The notes: a model not told the origin generated them from the letters alone. A stretch of 64,000 nucleotides of DNA from Eledone cirrhosa (GCA_964016885.1 OZ024740.1:134540001-134604000), one strand, 5' to 3'; positions 41,088 to 53,786 are shown, counted from the stretch's first letter. A program made the numbers and translations.

Positions 41088-41410
41088 AGCTTAGTGGTTA
41101 GAGCATTGGCCTTGCAATCAAAAGGTGAGTTCAATTCTCAGACCGGGTGATGTGTTGTTTCCTTGAGCAAGACACTTCATTTCACATTGCTCCAGTTTAC
41201 TCAGCTATAGAAATGAGATGATAGGGACTGGGGTCCATATCATTCCACTGTAAAGTGGACGTGTAGGTGCCACGGCAAAAAAGCACCCAGCACTCACTGT
41301 AAATGAGGTTGGTGTTAGGAAGGGCATCCAGCTGTAGAAATCAAGCCAGAATCAGTTCCTGTCCCACCCTTGTGAGCAGGGAAAAAGTGGACGTAAAAAT
41401 GAAATGATTA
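41088..41410 (+). mobile_element. CORE-type tRNA SINE followed by RTE-tail-like repeat (CORE-type copies also ~52120, 53140, 56390 minus, 58230, 61785)
   Basis: CCTTGAGCAAGACACTT core; GTTAGGAAGGGCATCCAGCTGTAGAAA tail also at ~37170, 38320, 46390 minus, 49310 minus. Confidence 0.75.
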
Positions 41411-41671
41411 ACTTTTGTTCTATGGTGATAACCACTAATACAGTTTTGATTTTTAATGTAGTGTATATTTGGTAGAAATCTAAGGCTATAAATGACAAGT
41501 ATCAGTATAAAACACACACACCAGACTAGATACCATGTATCGAGTTTTGCTCTTGTTAATGTTTACCTGGATATAACTGACCTACTTATAGGCAAATGGT
41601 CAAAATGTGTGGGGAGAATATTGATTAAATCAACCTTGAATTCCACTGGTATTTATTTTATTAACTGCTAA

Positions 41672-41995
41672 AATAATTGTTTCTACTTTAGGCACAAGGC
41701 CAGAAAATTACCCAGTACATTACTGGTACTTTATTTTATCGACCCCGTAAGGATGAAAGGCAAAGTTAACCTCGGCGGGATTTGAACTCAGACTGTAAAG
41801 GGACGTAAAATAATTGTTTCTACTTTAGGCACAAGGCCAGCAATTACTCAGTGCATTACTGGTACTTTATTTTATCGACCCCGTAAGGATGAAAGGCAAA
41901 GTCAACCTCGGCTGGATTTGAACTCAGATCGTAAAGGGACGTAACTATGCTGGAAAGCATGACGTCCGACCCTCTACCGATACTGCCAATCCACC
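41672..41995 (-). mobile_element. tRNA-SINE with tandemly duplicated 3' part
   Basis: Two adjacent reverse-complement cores. Confidence 0.9.
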
Positions 41996-43942
41996 AAAAT
42001 AATTAAAGACAAATTGAACCTCAGTGGTATTTCAATTCATAATATAAAGGGGCATAACTATATACCACATGACATTTTGATTCACTACTAGACAAACTCT
42101 GGCATCTATTTTTATCAAGGCAGGCAAAAGGCATTTTGTAAGAGAATGTTATATAATTGATATAGTCAGCCTCAATATCATATTTCTTTTAATTGTTGTT
42201 TTGTTCTTAAGATCAGACCCACAAAGGTATAATAAAGAATAGCATCCTTAAAAGAACTGAAACAATACTTGATTTCAGTCTTCACAATTTATGTTATCAC
42301 CACCAATAACTACTGCTAAAAATAATCATTTCTCTCTAATGACACAAAGCTTTTTTTTTTTCATTTGAGAAGGACTTGCTGACATGAAACCTCATCATTT
42401 TATGTTGCTTTCCATGCTGGCATGGGTTGGACAGGACATCACAGTTCAAAACTTGCTGGGTTGGAGAACCACATCTTGCTCATACATTCCATATTTTGGC
42501 ATGGTTTCTATGGTTAGTGCCAGCACTCCCATTTTACAGGATGCACTGGGTGTGTTTTATTCTGGCATCAGAACTATCACAGAGTGTACTAAATGCATTT
42601 TAACTAACACCAGCACTGCCACTTTAGCATGTACTGGGTGCTTTCTATCCTGGCATCAGCACTGTTACAGAGTGTACTAGGTGCATTTTATAATAGCAGC
42701 AAGTGAGAGGTTGTCATGTACTCAGCAAGATAGAAAAGTACTCTTTACCCTGTATTGTTGATAATCTGAATACCTTCATTCAAACATTTAGGCCTTAAAT
42801 TTCAGTCCTATAAAATGTTGTTCAGTTATCTTCTGCTTCTCACCAATGATTTCCTCACAATTGAAACATTTAGCAAAAGCAATGTTGTTGCATTTGATGT
42901 ATGAAAAGTTTTTTTACCATATCTGGTATGATAAACTCTTAAATATGTGGCCTGCCTACAATCTTCATCTGTCTCTCGTTTCCTGTCTTGAATAAAGACA
43001 TTTATCTTTTAATGGCTCAGTCTAGCTATAAATAGGAGTTATAGTTCAAGTAGAGTCCATACCATACAGAATGGGAACACTATACAAGGTTTCATTAATT
43101 TGCTGGCTAATTTCAAATTCGCAAACTTCCTTTCAGAGTATCCTCACTGTAATGGATCCTGAAATTAGCATGATCATTGGAAGTTCAATGTCTACCCACC
43201 TCTTCCCATATCCTTCAATTATTCAAACAAATGAGGGAGCCTCCACGTAGCTGCTCAACCTTCTTTAAATAGCAACCAAATATCCCTCAAATTGTCTTAA
43301 AAATAGAAAAACAATTGTACTACCTCACATACAAAAAGATGGGATAGTCATGGTTGGATGCCATTAATTATAGGTCTACTCAGTCTGAAAGTGCTAGACC
43401 AGGGTGGTCAGTTGGCAAAATTGCTAAAGCAGATAAGACACCTTGTAGCATTTGTTCCAGCTCTTTGTGTTCTGATTTCAAATCCTGCTGTTGCCTACTT
43501 GGGTGGTAGATGTAATCTGTTGCCAGGTTTAACACCAACAGCTAGATCTTGGATGCACTTAGTGGAGTTTTCTTTGTTGCAAACATTCAGACCAGATCTG
43601 CAGTTTGAAAATAACTTTTTTCCTTCCCATCAGTCTCAGAATTGCTGAAAAGGGTCACATCCATCCTTCCCTCAATAAACAATTAAAATTTATATCAACC
43701 ATCTGTTACGATATGAAAATATGAAAAATATCACCTATTATTTTCAAATATTTTTTTTAATAATTTGACAAGATTTGGTAATAGCAACTTTCTTATTACT
43801 AAGCAGGTTGTTTTGGAACATAACTTTATGAAGGTTCCTACATGAAATGATAATGGGGGGTTTTTAGATAAACACTTTAAAATAATGTATTGTGTAACCA
43901 GGGGCAGTTTGGTAACAAAAGAGTTAATGTTATTTTATGTAC

Positions 43943-44131
43943 AGCGGTGGATTGGCAGTATCGGTAAGGGTCGGACGCCATGCTTTGCAGCACAGTTACG
44001 TCCCTTTACGGACTGAGTTCAAATCCCGCCGAGGTTAACTTTGCCTTTCATCCTTACGGGGTCGATAAAATAAAGTACCAGTAATACACTGGAATAATTG
44101 CTGGCCTTGTGCCAAAAGTGGAAACAGTTAT
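43943..44131 (+). mobile_element. Young full-length tRNA-SINE (others 47900-48433, 49770-49955, 53859-53970 minus, 61575-61741)
   Basis: A/B boxes and shared core. Confidence 0.92.
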
Positions 44132-45463
44132 TTTATGTACAGCTTTCTTACCTTCACCATAGCTCAGTTTTGTTTTGTTCTTTGTCCTTTGGGGTTGCAT
44201 CAAAGAGTGTCATGTGTACAATCTTAAACCACTAACAAAAACTACTCAAACATAATGACCATTAAACTGATAAAATCTCTACTTGGGGGAAAAAGTTATT
44301 GAGAATCTTCTTTGCCCACTTATTCCTGGGAGGGTCATGGGGGAAGAATACTCAAGCACTCCTTCAAACACGTCCTGTCAGAAGCAATTGATCCAGCTAG
44401 AACTACAAGCAAGACCAACTGAGCTCATAGATGTTATCTAACCATCTTACTCAGGGGTCTACCTCTGAGAACCCTGCAAGCTGGTTTTGCTCGTAAAATC
44501 TGTCCAGTGATTCTTTCTTCGGACATCCTAACCACATGCCCATAGTATCGGAGCTGTGATCTCTCAATTCGGAGAAGTAGCAAATCTACCTGGAGAAACT
44601 CTTTGATCTCCAACCTATGCACTCTATCAAGTAACATTACTCCAAAGACCTTTTAGAGGAACCCCATTTCAGCCGCTTGTGTTTATGATCATATTCTTTT
44701 GATCATTACTCAAGATTCATGACTATAGGTAAGGGTTGGCATGAACACCAAATTGTAGATAGCAAATTTGTCTTTTACACCTACCTCTTTTCTTCTGATT
44801 ACCAAATGCTGAAGCTGGCACACTACTGCATTAAACCTTTAGCATTTACATTACTCTATATTTACTATTGTATTTTTGTGGTAAAGGCTTTTTCACATAA
44901 TATCGAATCTGAGATTTTGATATTATTTATTTTGAGAATACCTTAATGTCGGTATGAGTGGCCAGTTACAGCCAGTTTGAACAGAAAGAGGTGAAAGAAT
45001 TCTTGCTGGATACGGCCAGTTTAAATGCTAAAGGGTTAAAATATCTTTTTTTGATTTAGCAGGTTTAAAAATAATTTTGAAAATTGAAAAAAAAAAGATA
45101 TTTTAACCATATTTTTTTTAAAGTTATTTCTTCACTTCTACATTATTTAAGTGGGATTATGGAGTTTGTTTGTTTTGTTGTTTTTTTTTTTGTTTTTTTT
45201 TTTGTTTTTTTTTTTTACAGTACTTAGCTGGGTGGTTTTAAGATTTTTCTCCTTTTTAACCGAGTCTGTTCCATGTTCATTGTCATTCTCAGCCAACACT
45301 TTGCCTAAATTGTAACTGCATCTGCAATTTATAAAAAGGTTTAACACATACTTTTATGTTTTTTTTTTAAATCCTTCGTTTGTGTTTTGTGAATTAGAAA
45401 TCAAGGATGTCATAACCAAAGAAGTTTTTTATTTACTTTTTGTTTTTTCTTTACCTCTTGCAG

Positions 45464-45973
45464 GAAAAAATATCAGGTACTGTAAAGGTAAAAGCAATGG
45501 ATGTAATTAAGAAACATTCTATCACCAATCAAGTACTGAATGAGAACAATACCACACATGCAAAGAGTGATGATAGTCAGGTGATGAATGACAACAACAC
45601 CATACTTTTAAGGGGAAATGATTGTTGGATGAAAAATGACTCTGTTTTTGAGCTTTCCATGACTAATGATAAACATGCAAAGGATGAGATTTTCAAACAA
45701 CCTGAGTCCAATGTCTGCCAGTTACTAAATGACACTACATGTGCCTCAACCAAGTCTAATGACAGTTTATATTTAATAGAAGATGACTACAGTGATAATG
45801 AAATAGTGCTGAAAACGCCACCAAATTGCATCAAACGAACAAAGTTACACAAACTTTCCAAAGAACATCTCAGAAAACTTGTGACCATTAAAACAGCCGA
45901 AAAATGCAGCTATAAAGTATTTCCTGAGCTGGAAAAAGATTTTAGAATCTTCAATAAAAGTATTTTAGAATAG
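45464..45973 (+). CDS. NIFK: NIFK alternative terminal exon 5b (356-aa isoform), paralog of 5a
   Basis: Strong polypyrimidine tract + TTGCAG, phase 0, 169 open codons; EDDYSDNEIVLKTPPNCIKR; AATAAA at 45998. Confidence 0.75.
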   Translation, partial: EKISGTVKVKAMDVIKKHSITNQVLNENNTTHAKSDDSQVMNDNNTILLRGNDCWMKNDSVFELSMTNDKHAKDEIFKQPESNVCQLLNDTTCASTKSNDSLYLIEDDYSDNEIVLKTPPNCIKRTKLHKLSKEHLRKLVTIKTAEKCSYKVFPELEKDFRIFNKSILE

Positions 45974-47462
45974 TGATTTAAGCTTTTTAGAATATTGAAT
46001 AAAACGTTTTTTGTTTTTGTTTTTTTTACTTCAACATTAAGACAATTTTGTTTTTTAACCATACTTGGGTATAGTAAAGATTCCTTTAATTTTATTGGAG
46101 CCTCAGAAATAAGATTGGATAATCTTGTTGCTGACTAAGTACAAAAAGAAAAATTCATTTATTCTATAGATGATGGTATGCATTAAGTACTTCCAAATTA
46201 TTAGTAGAGTTGGGGTGCTAAATAATGAGTAGCCCTTATGTTTAACAACTAACATCGGCATGTGACATGAATCTTTAGATAAATACCTTCTTTAGCTAGA
46301 GGTTTCAAATGATTATCCTTTATTTACTAGATATGAACAGAAACATTAACCTCAGATTCTTGTGAATATAGCATATCCTGAAAATCATCATCATCACTGT
46401 TTTATGTCCATTCTTCCATGCTAGCATGGGTTAGACGGGTTGTCCTGTTGTGGGCAATTCCAGGTCAGGTGACCATGTCTTTCTCATACAGAACTGATTT
46501 TGGCTTGATTTCTACAGCTGGATGCTCTTCCTAACGCCAACCTCATTTACAGTGAGTACTGGGTGTTTTTTACCATGGCGCCTACACAACCACTCTACAG
46601 TGTGGAATGAGGGCTTTTTTTTTTTGTCATGACACCTACACGACCACTTAACAGTGGGAGGGGTGAGAGCGTACTGTCTATATGCTTCAGATTCGGCTTG
46701 TACCCATGGGAAGTTAGGTCTTCTGTATTACTGTGTAATGCCAGAGGTCTTGGTCCTGTGTCATCGCCTGATGATAATTTCAACAGAAACAAGAGAAAAT
46801 GAAGGTGTTTGTCTATGATAATATACACTCAGCAGTAGCATTTTGTTTAGGCTTTTCTTAACTTACCTGCAACACAACTATCAGATATATTCTGAAAAGA
46901 GCAGAACAAAAACTGAAGACTATAGCCAGTTTATAAATGGCAATAATGAAGTAATTACATGATTACCATCAACTTTTCTTTACTGGCATGGGTTGGATGT
47001 TGCATCTTTTACAACCAGATGGCCCTTAGTGACACAGCCCTTTTAGTAGCCTCTTACGACATGGGGTACCTATTCTAAACCAGATACACATGGTTATTAC
47101 TGATGTAAAAATTAAATTTCTTATGTAACCACAGTAGTATGTTCAACAAAACTCAGCAACAACTAACATTTTCACATTCTTACAAACCTACAAGAATAAC
47201 TGAAAGATCGTGTATCTATTTATTTATTTGCATTCCAGCCGAGAGGCTGAGCCCATGGTGGGGCACCGCCACTGTAATACATACATATTTCCAATCATAC
47301 TAGACTACAATCTTCAAAGATTTTAGTTGATTATATCATGCCACGTGTTTTGTCTGCGCTTTAATTTATTGATGTCCCTTGGAGGATGAGGAAAAGTTAA
47401 ATCAAGCAATGTAAAGGGACATAACTAAGAGTGTGAGAACTACCACAGCAATTCATCCCATG

Positions 47463-47528
<66 letters not shown>

Positions 47529-47531
<3 letters not shown>

Positions 47532-47700
47532 TGTACCCCTACCATTCGAGGTCCCGGTTATTCGTGGAATTTTTCTTGGAACCTACCTAATAATCGCGGA
47601 AACGTAAATATCTTCCGCGATTTTTTAATGGCTTTTTTCGTGGCAATATATATTTTTTCACGCTTTTTAACGCTAAATTATTAATAACAATATACCGTAT
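47529..47700 (+). mobile_element. pogo/Tigger-like left end inserted in (TA)n (similar right end at ~1705-1763)
   Basis: TA-CAGTGTACCCCTACCATTCG..TATTCGTGG start. Confidence 0.45.
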
Positions 47701-48925
47701 TTGCCAGCCTATATTTTACTGAGTGATATTGTAGTGTAGTGGATTTAATAAAGATACCTAACTATTTAATTACGTTCTATTACCATATAACACTTGGGTT
47801 AACTTTACCTCACATTCATTTGAGGAACAGTGTCAACAAAACAAATACCAGTCAAGTAACACTTCTCTAAAATGTGTTGCACTAAAATTTAAAATCATTA
47901 AATTCCTGTCGAGGTCAGCTTTTCCTTTCATCCTTTTATGGTCGATAAAATAAAGTACAGCTACAGTACTGAGGTCAACATAATTTACTTTCTCCTCCTC
48001 CTAAATTGCTGGCCTTGTACCTAAATCATAAATCATTGTTATGGCCAAGTCAGTAGAGTGTCGGATATCCTGCTTCAATGCATATAGTTACAGCCCTTTA
48101 CGTTCTGAGTTCAAATCCCGCTGAGATTAGGCTTTGCCTTTCATCTTTATAGGGTCAATAAAATAGTAGTGTACTGGGATCGATTTTCCCCGGGCCTTGT
48201 GAATCAAGTAGAAACAATTATTATTATATTATGTGAGCAAAGGGCGGTGGATTGGCAGTGTCGGTAGAGGGTCGGATGCCATGCTTTGACGCATAAAGTT
48301 ACGGCCCTTGCCATTCTGAGTTCAAATCTCGCCGAGGTTAACTTTGCCTTTCATCCTTACGGGGTCGATAAAATAAAGTACCAGTAATGCACTGGTTAAT
48401 TGCTGGCCTTGTGCCAAAAGTAGAAACAATTATATTATGTGAGCAAAGACTAGGTTTCTAGATTTACTTGGCTCAAATTCATGATAGTAATGCCAGTTAA
48501 TCTCAATGCCTTTAGGCAATAATCCTTCTAACTTTGTAAATAAACGAGCACCCTAATCTTTAAAATGTTAGTGATTGTGCCACAAATTGTTTTCAGCCTA
48601 CTCTGTAAAGTGATTGCGCTGGTACAACAATAAATGCACCCAGCTAACTCTGTAAAGTGATAGTGCAGGTGCCATGATTAAAAGCACCCAGTCGACCCTG
48701 TTAGGGGGTTGTGACAATGCCACAATAAAACACACGTTACATGCTGTGAATTAGCGTAGAACCCTCCTCAACTTCCTCCCTAGTAACACTTTGTATTTTT
48801 GCATCCTTGTTTTTATTTTGTATTATTTGTTCAACTAAATATATAGATATCCGGGAGCTTCCAACAGTAATGGTTGCATTCTTTAAGGGAATGTCAATAT
48901 TTATTTATAAAATTGTTCTATATTA

Positions 48926-48990
48926 TATTGTATCTGATGAAAGCACACCATAATTTAACTTGGTGTCCTTGAAATATGTATAATGAAATA
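48926..48990 (+). ncRNA. Type I hammerhead ribozyme motif (Penelope/retrozyme-like)
   Basis: Stem I TATTGTAT/ATGAAATA, CTGATGA 48934-40, stem II AAGCACACCA/TGGTGTCCTT, GAAA 48971-74, minimal stem III TATGTA, cleavage triplet AUA. Confidence 0.72.
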
Positions 48991-49113
48991 AATATGGTTT
49001 TATAAATATAGTTTCCATTTGTTAATATCGTATTTTTACTCCAAATATTTGTTGAGTGCTTTATATCAGTTATAAAAATATTTGCTTGTTGTATCCCAAC
49101 AATTTAAATAGAA

Positions 49114-49179
<66 letters not shown>

Positions 49180-49637
49180 AAGAGGCAAGTAAAAGGATTG
49201 GCATCAATAAGAGCCCCTGGTGTAAAACAATCTCAAAACATCCCGTCCAACCTATGCCAGCACAGAAAAGTTGACATGAAATGACGATGATGGTGTATAT
49301 ATATCATCATCATCCTCATCACCGTTTTACGTCCGTTCTTCCACGCTAGCATGGGTTAGACGGGTTGTCCTGTTGTGGGCAGATTCCAGTCGGCTACCCT
49401 TGTCTTGCTCATACAGGAACTGATTCTGGCTTGATTTCTACAGCTGGATGCCCTTCCTAACACCAACCTCATTTACAGTGAGTGCTGGGTGCTTTTTTCC
49501 GTGGCGCCTACACGTCCAATTTACAGTGTGGGCTGGATGCTTTTTTGCCGTGGCACCTCCACGACCACTTTGCAGTGGGAGGGGGGTATGGGCATATTGT
49601 CTATATATATATATATCATTGTGTGCACTAACAGAAG

Positions 49638-49720
49638 CCTGATGAGCTTTTGATTCCAGAATCAAATCCAATCGATACAGATCGAACCTTGAGCTGATTA
49701 ATTGCGAAATGCGTATCACA
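49638..49720 (+). ncRNA. Hammerhead-like core with branched stem II, stem I not evident
   Basis: CTGATGAGC...GCGAAATGCGTATC; internal hairpins TTTGATTC/GAATCAAA and TCGAT/ATCGA. Confidence 0.45.
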
Positions 49721-50723
49721 CCTCAATAAATGTAATGTAACTCTAACACCTCATCCATATTATTATTATGGGTTGGCAGTATCGGTAGACGGTCGGACGC
49801 CATGCTTTGCAGCATAGAGTTACAACCCTTTATGGACTGAGTTCAAATCCCGCCGAGGTTAACTTTGCCTTTCATCCTTGAGTCGATAAAATAAAGTACC
49901 AGTAATGTACTGAGTAATTGCTGGCCTTGTGCCAAAAGTAGAAACAATTATTATTATATATTGTTGCTAGCAGTTTCCGTCTCCTAAATTTCACTCACAA
50001 GGTATTGGTCAAACTATGGCTATATTAGAAGACATTTGTTCTAGGTGCTGCAACTGAACCTGAAACCCCATGGTTTCGATGTAAACTCCTTAACCACAAA
50101 ACTATATATAATCTTACAGGATAAACCTTATCTACCGAGGTCAGTTTTGCCTTTTATCATTCCGGGATCGATAAAATAAAGTATCAGTCAAGTATTAAGG
50201 CTGTCAATGTACCTAAATTAAAAACCATATTACATGCAAACATTATGAATTATCTCCCCTGTTTTTTAGTTTTCGTACCTTTGAAAGGGACATATTTTCT
50301 CGCTTAATGAAACGAAATAGATTATGTACATATATATTCAAGGAAAGAAATGCACTGTTTTTTTCATATTTTTTTATTCTTTATTTTCATTTATTTTTCA
50401 ATATACTAAAATCTTCAAATGTGGCAGATGTTGATTGAAGGGAGGTAACTTTTATTAGAAAGCTGGACATTCTCGACAACACTTTTCATCCTTCATGTAT
50501 ACGTGTATGTATGTATGTATGTATGTATGTGTGTGTATGTATGTATGTGTGCGTTTGTATATATACATATACATTCTCTCACGCGCACATAGATTTGTTT
50601 ATAATGAGGAACCATTCTGAAGTTGAGCCTAGAGTAAAATTACATCATCTTGGATGATAAATAAAAACTGACTTCTACAGGAACATACTTGTCATTGTAG
50701 AGGTGATCTTCATGAGAAATCTC

Positions 50724-50768
50724 TCATACATGCTTGATCTCAAAATCTGTACCAAGAGTCAGCGTATG
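50724..50768 (-). CDS. LBP/BPI-family protein, last coding exon
   Basis: TTTTTTACAG acceptor; HTLTLGTDFEIKHV-stop, aligning with the BPI terminal NFLLFGAD strand. Confidence 0.82.
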   Translation of the reverse strand, partial: HTLTLGTDFEIKHV

Positions 50769-51407
50769 CTGTAAAAAAATAAAAATCAATGTATAGATTT
50801 AATATTTTTCAGACACACACGCATATTAATACACCCACATACACACACAAGCATATGCACACACACAGAGCATATAGATTTAGTTTAAAGCGACATGTGC
50901 CATTAAAAATACATATGTCAGTACATGAACCAGCAATGGAGCTTCACTAGAAATACCAATGAAATCTCCTTCAAATTACACTCTATCATCTTGATCGATC
51001 GCTCTGATCAATCGACAAGATCCCAGACCTCATTCACTTGCCGAGTGGGGTGGACCTCATCAAATCAGACCAAGGAAACAATATTTCCATTGGTCTTTCC
51101 ATTCCTGATACTATCTATCGGTCGCATCACCCGGTCCAAGAATTGAACTCACAACCTCACAATTGCGAATCCAACTCTCTAACCACTAAGCCACGTGCCT
51201 TCATGTATTTATATTAGTCCTAAATAGTTGTGTTTGGAATGCTTTTGATCATAGCCCTTCTGAACTTGGGCTAAACAATTACAACAGCAAAAACATATGT
51301 TCAGGGTTAAACCATAAATTAATCCATAAAAAAGAATTTGATTTGATCCTTATGAGAATTATTTTCAGAATTAGAACAGTAAAAGAAAATCATTAAATAC
51401 AACTCAC

Positions 51408-51484
51408 CTTCTGTATTTTTAATTCTGTATTTAGAACCATAGTGCCTCTCATCATAACAAGAGGAATTCCAATCTTTCCTTGAT
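51408..51484 (-). CDS. LBP/BPI-family exon (77 nt)
   Basis: DQGKIGIPLVMMRGTMVLNTELKIQK versus BPI EKLQKGFPLP..LYNVVL; CAG / GTGAGT. Confidence 0.88.
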
Positions 51485-51871
51485 CTGAAGATTAAAATCA
51501 AGAATATGTGTGTACTTTGGAGATACAGCCTAGCAATGTTTGTATACAGGAGAGGATGAACTATTTTTACAAAATACATAATTTCTCCTTTCTTTTGACC
51601 AATCTGAGAGACCCTAAAAAAATAAAGGCTCACAAATACTGCTTTTCTCTCCCGGACTAAATGGTAAAAAATGATAAAAAATAGATTCTTTTGCTGTCTC
51701 AATCAAGTTGAGGAAAAAAAGCAAAATCAACCCTACTGAAATTCTGTATTTAAAGTGTAGAAATAATAAACTAGTTTAATACTCAATTATGTGTGTCAAT
51801 TTACCAATCTATGGAAAGAGAAAAGCTGTTGAAAGTATTTATCAATAAAAAAAACTTGTTTAAATCTTTAC

Positions 51872-51926
51872 CATTGATTCTAGGAATCACATACTTCTTG
51901 ATAACCATATTTGTTAGTGGATGGAA
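51872..51926 (-). CDS. LBP/BPI-family exon (55 nt)
   Basis: FHPLTNMVIKKYVIPRIN versus BPI VLPRVN; CAG / GTAAAG; phase 0 to 1. Confidence 0.85.
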
Positions 51927-53786
51927 CTGAATGGATGACAAAGAAAGAAAAATACTTTAAGAATTGAGGTACACATGATATATTTAATGCTAATACATAT
52001 GACAAAGGACATGCTAATACATATGATAAAAGACATGAATAAAAAAACACAATTACATTTCATATTTACTTCTATGGTTACTGAATCTTAAAATGTTAGA
52101 GAGATTGTTATTAACATGTTCAGCTAACGATCATAAGGTTGTGAGTTCAATTTTTGGTGGCACATTATGTCCTTGACCAAGACACTTTATTTCACACTGT
52201 TCCAGTCCACTCAGCTGGGAAAAATGAGTTATAGCTGTAAGTTAAAGTGCCAGCCATGTAACATATAGACATTTGGAACAACTGATATTTACCATAGCCT
52301 CAAGTTGACCCAAGCCTGCCTTGTGAATGAATTTAAGTAGATAGAAACTGTTTAGAAGACCATCAAATGGATTGTACTTGTAATTCAAAAATCCAGTTTT
52401 GTCATACACTGTATCCTTCAGAAGTATGTTAATGTTATACATGTCTGTGAAATGCTCAGCCACTTACATGTTAATTTCACAAGCAGGCTGTTCCATTGAT
52501 CAAACAACTGGAACATTATCATTGGAACCATCAAAGGTCCAACACTGTTGTTGTTGTTATTGCTGCTGTTGCTGTTGTTTAGCCCCAAGTCAGCTCTGAA
52601 GGAGCAAACTTATGATGAAAATGTATTCCAGCCATAACATACCATTTTTAAGGGGGATTTTAGGACTATATTATCCAATGTGTTTTTCCCATTTTAAGAG
52701 AGTAGGGAGTGATTTGAAGCAGATTTTACTGCTATTTCTAACAAGTCAAGTGACAACATAAGGGCTCCCTCATTAACTAGAAATGTTGTTTAGCCGAAGG
52801 TCTTATTTTCAGACGTACTATATCTAGGATAATATTATTCAGTGTGTTCTTCCATTTTTTAAAGATGTGATTCAAGGGAGCTTTGACTGCTATTTTTAAC
52901 ATGTCAAACAACTCCATAGGGTTTCCTTCTTTAGTTCATCCACAATAAAAAGATCTTTGCAGCAGGCTTACTAGGAAACTGCTTTATTATTTCATTGAGT
53001 CACGTTTTGTTTGTTCCTATACATCTGTAAATACATCAACATGGAACATATGGACAAGATGTGATTCACCAACCCACCTAGCCATGGACAGTGACAACCT
53101 ATCTAATCTGAGCCAGCTGTTGTACTAAAAATAGTGTAGTGGAGGTGCATGGCCTAGTGGTAAGGGTGTTTGACTTAGTCATAATGTCATGAGTTCGATT
53201 CCTGACTGGGTTATGTGTTGTGTTTCTCCAGTATACTCAGCTGAAAATTAGTTTAGTCCCAGCAATAACTGGAGGTTTATCCCTGTGATGGACTGCCACA
53301 GTAACCGAGATAAACACAGGCCTGATGAACATCCAGGCTTGTGACAGACTTTAGACTTTTTAGAAAAGCAGTGTAGAAGTTAAAAGATGACTCATAGAAT
53401 GGACTTTGGTTGGTTTGAATGATAACTGTTTGGGTCATTGAGTCAATGAGACAGACTGCTCAAGAAATTAATAAGTGGCTGAACATTTCACAGATACATG
53501 TACCCTTAACATCATTCTCATGGAAATTCCACATGATATAGGTACAGTCCATCCAATGGGCTTCCAAATAGTTTCTATCTACCCAAGTTCATTCACACCA
53601 TGAAGTAGGATCAAGCCGGGACCTTAAGGTTGCAAAGCGACCTTCTTAACCATTAAATTGTATTGTGTCCAAGATGTAGAAAGGCAATAGTGATGATGGT
53701 GAGGGTGATGGCAGGGTTGTGGAGGAGGAAAATGAGAGGAGGGGAGGAGGAGGAAGAGAAGACATATTGTAAATCAGGCAACTCAC

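Noticed and set aside
42780-43200. Minus-strand coding-like stretch between NIFK 5a and 5b as a duplicated NIFK or new gene
   Set aside because: Stops in frame; YSVPILYG resembles a decayed RTE LINE; no RRM similarity
43943-44030. SINE heads as tRNA genes
   Set aside because: A and B boxes are present but separated by an insert and followed by SINE body; no cloverleaf
39842-45039. Twin TTAA MITEs as boundaries of the exon 5 duplication
   Set aside because: One is downstream of 5a and the other upstream of 5b, and they are more alike than the exons, so they are later independent insertions
46768-46790. CTGATGA...GAAA hammerhead candidates here and at 21813, 38968, 53322, 62014
   Set aside because: No stem II/III/I pairing; several lie inside SINE or RTE sequence
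51319-51702. 127-aa ORF and candidate exon GLSDWSKERRNY at ~51613-51570
   Set aside because: The BPI-like reading is in another frame, and exon 51872-51926 fits phase and homology much better
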